Both the position numbers and the translations under genes were made by a program. Shown here piece after piece: positions 51,982 to 62,368 of a DNA stretch of 64,000 nucleotides. A model generated the notes under the pieces. The model was not told the origin of the DNA, ran no database searches, and worked only from the letters and a program-made list of their open reading frames with translations. Numbering within the stretch: the first letter of the stretch is position 1; the number at the start of each line of letters is the position of its first letter. Source of the DNA: Ministeria vibrans ATCC 50519 (Eukaryota; Protista; Filasterea); contig CALSCP010001613.1 in the NCBI GenBank assembly GCA_943704425.1, positions 64,957 to 128,956 of the forward strand, given 5' to 3'.

Positions 51982-52701
51982 ATGGCCACTACTTACACCC
52001 TTGATTCGAAATCTGCCGAAAAGTTTGCTGTGATGCTCACTTTTCGCGGCACTTGCATGAATCCGGCTGATCAGAGCGCCCGAGAACTCCTTGGCGCGGC
52101 TAGGCACCATACCAACCCAGAAGCGATTACAGTGGTGGAAGCAAAGGAGAAGCACACCAATGTTGTCGCTAGTGTGGACCGCCTGGACGGACTCGCCGCA
52201 TTTGACGGTCTTTGCACCAACCGTGCAAACACCGCTCTCTGTGTATACGGTGCAGACTGCCCTCTTCTCGCCATCCTCAACCCTATCACGGGAGCTGCAT
52301 GTGCACTTCACGCGGGCTGGCGTGGGCTTGAGACGAATATCATCGCCGAGGGCGTCAAATCCGTTGCGGGTGGTGAGACAACTCACTTGACCGTCTTGAT
52401 TTCTCCCTTTGCAAGAGACTGCTGCTACGAAGTGGGCCCGGAGTTTCTCGAGAAACCATGGGCTCGTGAGCACGTGGTCCATCGAGAGACCGATGGAAAA
52501 GTGAAACTCTTCCTGGACATGGAGAGTGTCATCTTTGAACAGCTTGTCCGAGCGGGCGTTCACAAAGCCAACGTGCACACAGCTCGTCAAGCATGTGGCG
52601 TTCAAACTGACGCTTGCACGGTGTGTGACGATCGCTTCTGCAGTCGTCGTCGCCAAAAACTCAACTATGGACACCATTCTCTCATTGTCCTCGTCAAATA
52701 A
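51982..52701 (+). CDS. YfiH/PgeF/LACC1(FAMIN)-family purine nucleoside enzyme (polyphenol-oxidase-like domain), intronless
   Basis: DGLCT, ADCPLL, ALHAGWRG, DCCYEVG and CTVCDDRFCSRRR match the YfiH motifs ADC, HAGWRG, CCYEV and CT...FxSxRR. Confidence 0.88.
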   Translation: MATTYTLDSKSAEKFAVMLTFRGTCMNPADQSARELLGAARHHTNPEAITVVEAKEKHTNVVASVDRLDGLAAFDGLCTNRANTALCVYGADCPLLAILNPITGAACALHAGWRGLETNIIAEGVKSVAGGETTHLTVLISPFARDCCYEVGPEFLEKPWAREHVVHRETDGKVKLFLDMESVIFEQLVRAGVHKANVHTARQACGVQTDACTVCDDRFCSRRRQKLNYGHHSLIVLVK

Positions 52702-53091
52702 AAGCCTAAACCACAATGATTATAATATTATAAATAGAATGATAAGAAGAAGAAGAAGAATAATAATAATAATAATAATAATTATTATTATTATTATTTT
52801 ATATAATTATAATGGATTGTATTCTTCTATGTATTTCATCTACTCTTCGTTGTATTATACTTTCATCTCCTTGAGTAAATTTTACTTCATTTATTCCTAA
52901 CAATAATACGAGTAAATTTTACGTCTTGTCATGAGTCATTCAGAACAACGTAGTATTGATTTATTATTGGGCTGCATATTCGTCTTCCTCTTCGTTCTAT
53001 TCATATTTTGGTATTTTTTCTCTTTATTTTGCAGTTTTTCACTTTCTCCCCATCTTTATATCACACAATACAACACACATTCATTCAGTAT

Positions 53092-56000
53092 TTACTCGTC
53101 ACTGATTTCGCTGCTCGTGCCGTCCTCTGAGTATTGATCAGTCACTGCTAATTGAATAATGTTGAAAACACCTACAAGCGAGCCGCACGCAACAGCAAAC
53201 TGCCCTGGCCTGCCTAACGCCACACATGACTGACAGTCGTGGTCGGCGTGAAAGACGGCAAGGATATGCAAAGTGGAGAACTTAGACACACTGACTGTTC
53301 GCTTGTTTCGGCTTGAGTACACAGCCAGCTTTTCTTTCCCTACCACAACCAGTGCTGCCGAGGAGACGGGCGACTCTGTGTCAAGGTGGTGGGTTCGAGT
53401 GGGTTGCTCGGGAGACTTAATAGACCACAGACTCACGTAGTGGTCCCAACTGCACGAGAGAATTTCGCTGTCGTCAATGGCGGTGACACCCGTCACACGG
53501 TTCGCGTGTGCACTCTCAATGCGCATCGTCGGCGATTGTAGCCCCGACGACGATGTCTCTCCGGATGTCGTCGTTGTCAGACTCCCAACCTCGCGCAACC
53601 TCGAGTCAAAAAGCTGTACCTGTCCCTGCCGCAGCCCAACGACAATAAAGAGATGATTGGGTGTGATCGTCAGGCAGTCGACTGCGGCTGGAAGTTGGGC
53701 CACCTGCGTAACTGCGCCTTCACTCCGCGTCCACACGCGCACAGTCCCATCCAATGACCCGCTCACAACCTGTTCGGCAGCGATGCCCAAGAAGGCAACG
53801 CAATTTACGCAGCTGGTGTGCTTCCACGTGCAGAACCAATCTGTGTTGCGGTTTTGACGATAAATCAGCACACCGCCACCTGCCAGATTGGCATTAGTGG
53901 CAATTGCGAAAAGACGGCCCTCCCCCTCCCCCTCCCCCTCCCCCTCCAAGTGGTGAGAGGCAATCGCAGAAATCGGCAAAGCGTCGTCCTGGTCACGCAC
54001 AGTCATCGTTTCACACTCTGTCAATTCGTCGCTTTCGGGCAGCGCTGACCAGCGCTGCAACTGAGACAGATATTTGCAGCTGATCAACGAACCATCGTCG
54101 CCTCCCGACACGATGCGCGCAACCTGTGACTCGCACGCATTAGAAGGCGACAGCTCAGCAAACCCTGCTCCGCCTGGACGCCACGATTGCACAAGACCGT
54201 CAAGAGAGCCGCTGAAGTACCGCCTTTTTTCAGCGTGAACAGTCAAGCACGAGACTGGCATTGCGTGGCCAACAACGGTCCTGGAGAGTTCAAAAAATGG
54301 AAATTTCCCAATTCGTTTGAACTGTTGAAGTGCGCCACTCGAAAAGCCAACACACATGTAGATGTGCTTGGAACCCTGCATCATGGTCAGTTTCTTCGCC
54401 GCCCAGGTCAGCCGATAACTCAGCACAGATTGCCTCCGTTGATCAGCATACAGGTCACTCCACAAAAAAAGACGTTTGTCCCTCGCACTGACCGCCGCAA
54501 GGTGCCCACTCACACCTGCAAGCGCAACGACATTCCCAGTACATTCCAACACGTACAACCCTTCACCTGACGTCGGGTTCCACACGTGTACTGAGTGGTC
54601 ACATGCACCACTTGCAGCCAGTTCGCCACACACTGCAACACAGTTGACATCCGCATGGCCACGGTAAACGGTCGTGATCCAATTCGTAAACGTGACTGCG
54701 CAAGCATAGTCAATGGCCGCCACAGCAAATGTCAGGCTCGAGGCGACATCACTCACTCCGCATTGAGCATCAAACATCACTTGACGCGCGACGGAGAAGT
54801 GAGGCGAAATCGTGTACGCGTCCAAGATGTTGTGCACAAGCAGAGTACCATTGCGAGTGCCACTGACAAGGAAGCGATCAATATTGCAATTGCGACCATC
54901 AGGAGAGACGACAAGACCATGCGCACCGGACATGTCGACGTTGCTCGGCGTCTCAACGTGACACAAAAGGACGCCGCAGAGCAAGCCTACATCGTACACA
55001 GCAATCGTGCCGCCGTTCAATCGCACGATCAACGTAGACGTACTCAGCACTGCCACAGCAACGACACCGCCCTCACTCGCGTGCATGAACACTTGACCAG
55101 AACACGGACTTGGGTCGAGAAAGGCGACGCCTGGCAAACTTGGTCGGAGCAAAACACCATCATAGCTACAAATCTGCTCTGGTTTTTCGGTGACACTGGC
55201 AAGCAAAGTCTGCACACACTCGTTGGTCGCCCTCGCAGGCGCTAAGCGACCCAAAAGCTGCAGTGCAAGCCAGGACGCTCGGTTTTCGTGGCGCGGGACG
55301 GAAATGCCAGCCATGCGTGTCAACACGACTTTCAACAGCGGCACGAGGGAAGTCTCTTTGTCCCCTTGTTCCGCCGTAATAACATCGTGAAGAAGTGCCT
55401 TGACGCCTCCTTGCTCGAATCGACGTGCAAGCCACTGAAAGTTACAGAGCAGCTTCACAAGCTGGCCTTTGAGTCCAGCACCGATGAGATGCCACGCAAG
55501 ATGGTTGTCATAGTACTGCCCGCGAGAGGAAACAGAAACCCAATCAAAATCGTCGAGAGCGGTAGGGGCGTACACCTTGAGAAGCTTGGAATGGCGCATG
55601 CTGAGCTTGTGCTCAGAATGCCTGCACTTCCACAAGATGAATGCCCGATTCATCGAGTGAATGGTCACGTCGGAGCCGGCATCAGTTAGAAGGAAATAAT
55701 CGCGGAGTAGTCGGACGATGCCGTTCGGGAAAGCCTTGTCAAGGTCCTTCCAGAGGCCGTCCCACAAGAGTTCTTTCGGGATCGCGGCACCGCTTTGAAA
55801 GGCAGCCAGATCGGNNNNNNGCGGAGTAGTCGGACGATGCCGTTCGGGAAAGCCTTGTCAAGGTCCTTCCAGAGGCCGTCCCACAAGAGTTCTTTCGGGA
55901 TCGCGGCACCGCTTTGAAAGGCAGCCAGATCGAGGTAACACTCAGCGACATTCGCCCCAAGATGCTGAAGAGTAGACTCGATAACGGTGAACACTGCCTT

Positions 56001-56987
56001 GAAGTCATTCTCGACCGGGTCGCACTTCAACTCCTTCCAGCCCTCCTGATAGTCGCGCAATTGACGGTGTTTTTTAAACCATTCTGGGGTATCCATTCTG
56101 GTAAGGGATAAACCCAGCATTGTGAGAGCAAGCGGGTGGTAGCCGCAAAACTGGGCGATCAATTTCATCGCATCGAGGGAAACGGTGTCGTCGTTGGACG
56201 AGGAACATCGCCGCAAGAGTTTCACTGCCCATGTTTCGTCAGTACGCGTTTGGCCCAGATTGATAGTAGTAGACTTTGAGCTGAACACCTTGCGCCAGTT
56301 GCACGACGTGACGATAAGACGGAGCGGCAGACCAACGCGCTCAAAGGCTGCTGGAACTTGCTCGTCCCACACATCATCGAGGATCACCAAAGCAGGTTTC
56401 TTGCCCAGAGTTGTTCGCAGGTCGTGAATGGCTTGATCAACAGTGGTGCTATTGTTGGCTGGGCCGTCAAACGACTGGGTAATGTTGCTGATAAATGTGA
56501 CAATTGACGACGGGTCGTTCGCGTGGTTTTCAGATTCCAGCGCGCCAACCTCGAGGAAGCGTACGCGATCACCAAACCGGCGTTTGACATCGTCGTCTTG
56601 CAGCAGCTCCAACACAAACGTCGTCTTGCCAATACCACCCATTCCAACGACGCCGAGTGTTTCCCGAGAATCGCAGAGCAGGAGGATTCGCATAAAGTTC
56701 TCGAAATCCATTTGATTGGAACAGAATGTCTTCTTTCCATCGATGACGTCGATGCGGGAGACGTAAGATGTGGGCAAGGGTGGCAACAGACGGGAATCAC
56801 GGGATCTCATGGCAATATCTTGACTGCGAACGCTGTCATCAGTGTCGGTGTTGCTCTGCGCGGATTGTTTTTCCTCTGGAGAAAACAAACACCATTCATT
56901 TTCATAAACATTTCTCTGATGTTTTTTTGAAAGCCATGTACCTGATGTTGTGGCGGCGGTTGTAGCAGTAGCAGCAGCAGCAGCAGC

Positions 56988-57032
<45 letters not shown>

Positions 57033-58184
57033 GGTGGTGGTGGTGGGAGCTGGCGGTTGCTGAAAAACAAACGACTTGGCGAGTCCCTGGATGACTGCCC
57101 TGGTAAACTCACTCTCGGAGTGCACAAAGTTTTTGTTGAAGACGATAAACTCGCCAACGTTAGTATCCGGGTTCCATGGGAGACGTTTGAGGACACAAGT
57201 CTGGCGGAAGTTGTCGAGGTTGACGTTTGGGAAATCGACACTGACCTCGTCGATGAGAACAGGAAGGATGTCGTTGACCGCGTCGGCAACACGGCGGACT
57301 GTGGCCCACTCTTGCGCTCCTGTTGAGGTTGATGAGAGACAATTGAATGCAGAGCTGCCCAGGGGATTCCACCACGCACGGTCGAGCGCCAGGTGAAGGA
57401 GAGTGCCGCAATCCAACGCGAAGCCGGAAGACTCTCGCGGAGCAGCGGCAAGACACTGAAACGACTCGGTCTGGTACATGGTACCCACGCCTTTCTCGTC
57501 TCCGATGCCGTACGCACTTTCACACGCGGTAGGATGAATCGCGGAGACGATTGCCTCACCGCTGTGACAGGTGTCGAGAATGATTAAAGTGTTTTGCCAG
57601 CGCTGCAAATCTGTCACCAAGAGATCCTCCTTCAGCTGGTCCATCGTGTAGACGCCCTTGTACAATTGGCGGCGTTCGACAGGCTCGATGTCGCCCAGCG
57701 CCACGCCATAGGCGTTCTCCTCAGTCTCGCAGGAGCAGAGACCGTGAGAAACAAAATAGACGAGAAGTTCGCTTTCGGGACCGGGCACGGTCGCGCGCAC
57801 TTGGTCGGCAAGGCTTTGAATAGCCTTCTTGATGATGTCTCTCGTCGGGCGCTCATTGTACCAAATTAGAGAGGAGGGGGTTTTCGCTGCGTCAGCAACC
57901 AATTTTGCATTTTTGCGGTTTCGCTCAATATCAACCGCGTTTGGCCGTTTAGACGCCGCGTCTTCATAGGCGCCGTCAACAAGAACAACAACGTGGTACT
58001 CATTGTCGAGTAAGGAGGCGGCGACGTTGCGAACTGTCGTGAGAATGCCAGGGAGTGGCTGGAGCGCGTCATCTTTAAGAGAAAATTGGGAGCGTCCAAT
58101 CACAAGAGCGGCAGCAGGTACTTGACGAATTGTGGCTCTGCGGCGACACGGCGTTGTAAGTGACTCAGGGGGGAGAGCCGTCAT
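53092..58184 (-). CDS. Caspase(C14)-NB-ARC-APAF1 helical-WD40 fusion (Apaf-1-like STAND receptor), about 1660 aa, split only by an assembly gap
   Basis: Caspase-like ALVIG...YFVSHG...IILDTCHSG; NB-ARC GVVGMGGIGKTT, LVILDDVW, LIVTS and CGYHPLAL; helical domain YYDNHLAWHL...LLCNFQWL; WD40s (ASGACDHSVHVWN, SGSLDGTVRVW, SCSWDHYVSLW). The two ORFs overlap through a sequence duplicated around the Ns at 55815-55820. Confidence 0.88.
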
Positions 58185-58420
58185 GGAAATGAAAACGGTC
58201 TTGAATGATTTAGAAAATAATGAAGAGGATTAGAGGTCAGAGGAAGTTCGGAAGAAGAACGTTTCAATTATTATTATATCAATCGCAAACCAAAAGCCAC
58301 TAGAAATATAATGAAGTGATAATACAACAAAGAGTAATACATACACTGATAGGGATCAGCAAAGTCAGCAAGCAAACACAAACGCATCAGAGTATAGAGA
58401 GAGGTCGGGTACAGTATAAT

Positions 58421-59619
58421 TTACACAACGACGCGATCGAAGAAGAGCAGGTAAGCCTCGGAGAGGGACACACGCGCCCACTCGATAGGAGTGATGATTT
58501 CGTCAGAGCAGCAAAACCAGTCACCCTTTGCATCACTTCGGTATGTTACAAAGTGACCATTGTCGGAACCATTGCCAATGTGAATGACTATAGCACTGAG
58601 GCGGTAGTGACGATGGGCAATTTTGATGAGAGGGGACTCAAGCGCAATGAGACGCCGGTCCTTGTAGACCTGTCCATTAGCCCACTCGAGACGCTGGACG
58701 TGGAGACAGAGGGAGGCAGGGGGGCGTTCAAGAGAGCGGCGCTGTGCGAGCGTTGTTGTCGTGGTGGGATCACCACAGTGGTCGCAACGCGCGTCAAAGA
58801 CAAGATTGGACGCAAAGGCGTCTGCGAGTGCGTCTTTGAGGGACACGGCGATGGTCGTGTTGGTCGCTGGCTTCATGTTGATGCGTATTTGGACGACGGC
58901 ACACGGGGTGAGGGCGTAGGCGGTGCGGTGATGACAGCGCAGACACTCTTGTTGGGTCGAGATGAGACTGTGGAAAGGGGTGAGGGACGACGAAGAAGTG
59001 GGTTGGACGGTGAGTGGTTGTTGCTTGGGCGAGCACACGTGAACAATCGACGCAGACGCAGAGAGAACAGAAGGAGAAGTCGGTGGTAATGGGCAAGAGG
59101 CTGGTGGTGGTGGTAGCGGAGCTTTAGTTGACCGCCTTGCTTTGACAGTGGGAAGGAACTTTTCGCCGAGAGAGGCGAGAGCTGTTCGCGAGACGGACGG
59201 TTTGGCAGTGCGCCCGTCCAAGAGGGACGCAAGACCTCGCTCTGGGGCACGTCCTGCCTCCAGCAGATTCAAGAGGAGCCATTCGAGGAGTTCGAGCGCA
59301 TCGTGCGGCGTGTGCTTCTCCTGGTGCATCAGGTCGAGCAGCAGAGCCGGTCGAAGTGAACTTGTCGCATCGTTGTCATTGAGGTCTACGCAGAGAAACA
59401 GCGGTGCATTGATCACACACCCACACACAGCGGGGTCTACGAGGCCCGGGAGGACGTACCCGCAAGCAGCGTGGCAAAGCAGCGAGCCAGCGGCGATGCG
59501 CTTGGAAGTCGACTCGCTGTCGCCGCATACGCGCAAAAGGACCGATTGGACGCGAGTGCCTGCGCGACTGCATTGAAGAAGCATGTCTGTCCGAGGTTCA
59601 CCAAGCCCCGCGGTGGCAT
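58421..59619 (-). CDS. Ubiquitin-specific protease (USP30-like), 2 exons
   Basis: Cys box GLVNLGQTCFFNA. A GT-AG intron at 59459-59386 restores the frame. His box HIGNGSDNGHFVTY, WFCCSDE and AYLLFF. Confidence 0.85.
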
Positions 59620-59715
59620 AAGAAGAAGTGATCAAAAATTAAAAATATGTTTGTAAAAATCAGTTGTTTTGATCTACTCTCTCCTTCCTTGCCTCCACTT
59701 AACCTTTTGCATTGC

Positions 59716-61149
59716 ATGATGATGCTCCATATTACTTCGGCGCGGCGCAAGTTTTTCGACACAGAAAAGGTGTTTTGCTTTTTGTTTTTTTTATATATAT
59801 TATATATCTTCGTCTGTCTGACGGTTCTTGTCTCTTGAACGATTTAAATGACCTGAATGGTCCGCATCAACCTCATAATTATGATTAATTCTTAATGTCT
59901 TATGACCGAAATGTCGTAAATATGATTGTCATATACATTTCACTTTTGTGCCTTCTGTCGGCCGTCGCCAAGCAATATCGGCTTTATTGACGCTTGTTAG
60001 ACGATGCCTGATGAAGATGGATGCTGTCGTTTCAACGGCATATGTGGTCATTTGATAAAATGTGTCTTTTTGGTGAACTTGACACTCTGTCTCTATTGAT
60101 AATCACAGATTTGTCATTCATTCACAAATCACAATTGCGATTACACTATTCTCTATCTCGTCGTGTTTTTTACTGGCTGCTTCCCACTATGAACATGTGC
60201 CGCGACCACAATGGCCGGAGAGGCTATTTCTCTTCGCTGCAGGTTAAGTTGTTTGATCCAATTGATCTTGTTCTCTGGCTTCACTAAGAATTACGATACT
60301 GTCTCAGTCCTTTTGTATTATCATTCAACAATGGCTGACATGTGTCGAGAGCACAACGGCAGGAGAGGATATCTCTCAATGTCAGAGGTGCAAAGCAAAC
60401 AGTCTCACTGCAAATCAATCATTCACACCATCACATGATGGATATGTGCCGTACGCGCAACGGCAGGCTAGGCCACAGCGACTTATATGAGAATGTTAAG
60501 AAGCACATATTCAGTGCATATTCATCATCGAATTTTGATAATATTTTGAAGATTTCCAATATTTTGATATATTTTTGAGAAACTTGATATCATTCTTCTC
60601 TATACCACACCCTTTCTCTCGCCCTCACATTCGTCGTATGAACATGCTGCGCATGTGCTTGCAAATAAACGGTCGCCAGGGCTATATCGACGCCGATGCA
60701 AAGGTGTTTGTTGACACATTTCCCAATTGCCTTCTTGCGCCTCTCCGCAGCGCTGCAGGCCGTTTCAGACAGTTTCCTTTCGCCCCGAGGACTCATCATC
60801 CCTCAATTGCCCTTGGCGTATTGTCCCCTTATTGTTCTCTTTGAAACTTGGAGTGACAAAAATCGAAAATTCAATCGAAATCATTTTTATTCCGTCTCTC
60901 TCTCTCTCTCTCTTTCCTACACTGCTTCTGCCTCTCTTCTGTTCGTATCATGGCTAGCATGTTTTGCTATACCAATGGCCGTCATGGCTTTAAGTCAACT
61001 GAACAGGTGAAGCAGTTTGGGCCATCACACACACTGAATCATATGATACGTCGCAACACGTAACGATTGCGTGTCTCATTTCACTCATGTGGCATATGTG
61101 CTGCAGCCGCAGTGGTCGCTGTGGATACACACGTCGACCCGCCAGGTGA
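59716..61149 (+). other. Array of up to 8 short homologous ATG-initiated coding cassettes (candidate alternative first exons or conserved-peptide uORFs) upstream of OMP decarboxylase
   Basis: ATGs at 59716, 60004, 60189, 60331, 60435, 60638, 60950 and 61087. Consensus M-x(1-2)-M-C-x3-N-G-R-x-G-[YHF] with synonymous codon variation. GT at 59770, 60073, 60243, 60388, 60495, 60704 and 61007 (all phase 0) and 61146 (phase 2). Confidence 0.7.
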
Positions 61150-61359
61150 ACTGGGACAAGTGCGCGTCACTCGTTTGATCTCATCTCTTGCGTCTACTTT
61201 TGTGACTTGTCTGTTTGTGCGATGCTCTCTATATAATATTTGTGTTTTTGACTGTGCTCTTTTTTGAAAGTCTAATCTACTGTTACACATATGTGATATA
61301 TCTGGTGGCGTGGCATGGATTGTTTCACTCAGCCCATCTTTTTTCTTATTCCTTGATAG

Positions 61360-62023
61360 AACGCCTCTCGCTCAGAGATGACGTTCAAAGAACGCGCAGA
61401 AAAGTGCACAAACCCTTTAAGCAAGCACCTTTTCGAGGTAGGAACAAGTGCGAGTGTGTGTGAGAGAGAGAGAGCTCATATATGTTATTGTTGTGTAGCT
61501 GATGGAAAAGAAAAAGAGCAATTTATGTGTGGCAGTGGACACAACGGAAAGCGCAAAACTGCTCGAGTTGGCGAATCAGGTAACGGGAACATGTACTGAG
61601 AAAAGGAGTGTCTGAGGTTATGTTTTTCGTATAGTTTGGGCCGCACATTTGTGTGTTGAAGACTCACATTGACATTTTGAGTGATTTTTCACCGGAAGTT
61701 GTCACGTCACTCAGAGAAGTAACGCACAACGAAAAAAGGCAAAGATATCCTAATCCTCTCTCTCTCTGTGTATGTATGTGCTTTAGTTGGCGGAGAAACA
61801 CAACTTTGTGATCTTTGAAGATAGAAAGTTTGCAGATATTGGAAACACAGTGAAACTTCAGGTAAGACAGTAAACAATGTGTTTCATCAAGTGATTGATT
61901 GTGTGTTGCAGTACTCGAAAGGAACGTACGGGATTTCCAAATGGGCTGAGTTGGTGACGGCACATGGCATTGCGGGAGAGGGGGTGATTGCGGGGCTAAG
62001 AGAGGGGGCGCACGAGGAACAAG
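61360..62023 (+). CDS. URA3: Orotidine-5'-phosphate decarboxylase (URA3 / UMPS ODC domain); N-terminal part only visible
   Basis: Exons give NASRSEMTFKERAEKCTNPLSKHLFE/LMEKKKSNLCVAVD/FGPHICVLKTHIDIL/FVIFEDRKFADIGNTVKLQ/YSKGTYGISKWAELVTAHG, including the catalytic DxKxxDI motif. C-terminal exons were not found. Confidence 0.9.
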
Positions 62024-62113
62024 GTGCGATGATATGTGGTAGTGTGGGTGTTTTGTTGTATATTGCAGTTCTGTATGTGTATTAATCGCCCTAATGGCAC
62101 GTGTAACCCTAAC

Positions 62114-62285
62114 TCTCTCTCTATCACTTTGTTTCTTTCTCTCTACTTTGTTTCTTTTTCTCTCTATCACTTTGTTTCTTTTTCTCTCTATCACTTTGTT
62201 TCTTTTTCTCTCTATCACTTTGTTTCTTTCTTCTCTCTATCACTTTGTTTCTTTCTCTCTCTCTCTCCATCACTTTGTTTTTCTC

Positions 62286-62354
<69 letters not shown>
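62114..62354. repeat. CTCTCTATCACTTTGTTTC minisatellite plus (CT)n tract
   Basis: Several tandem copies of CTCTCTATCACTTTGTTTCTTT followed by a long (CT)n run. Confidence 0.9.
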
Positions 62355-62359
<5 letters not shown>

Positions 62360-62368
62360 GTACGTACG

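Noticed and set aside
51770-52002. Duplicated 5' end of the YfiH gene
   Set aside because: Identical sequence on both sides of an N gap; assembly artefact.
55702-55933. Apparent 113-bp tandem duplication and frameshift splitting the caspase-NB-ARC-WD40 gene
   Set aside because: The identical copies flank NNNNNN exactly, typical of an unmerged contig overlap rather than a biological duplication.
59437-59635. Apparent frameshift in the USP gene
   Set aside because: Explained by a canonical GT-AG intron at 59459-59386.
60189-61010. SH3-like reading of NGRRGY.....V
   Set aside because: It resembles one SH3 strand, but each unit starts at Met with no upstream SH3 residues or consistent splice acceptors, so no full domain can be assembled.
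60004-61149. Interpreting the cassette array as CRISPR, snoRNA, SECIS or a simple hairpin family
   Set aside because: There are no identical direct repeats, no regular spacing, no cas genes and no consistent C/D, H/ACA or SECIS boxes. A 5-bp UGYYG...YGGCA stem forms in only some copies, while the variation is synonymous at codon level. An RNA role is not fully excluded.
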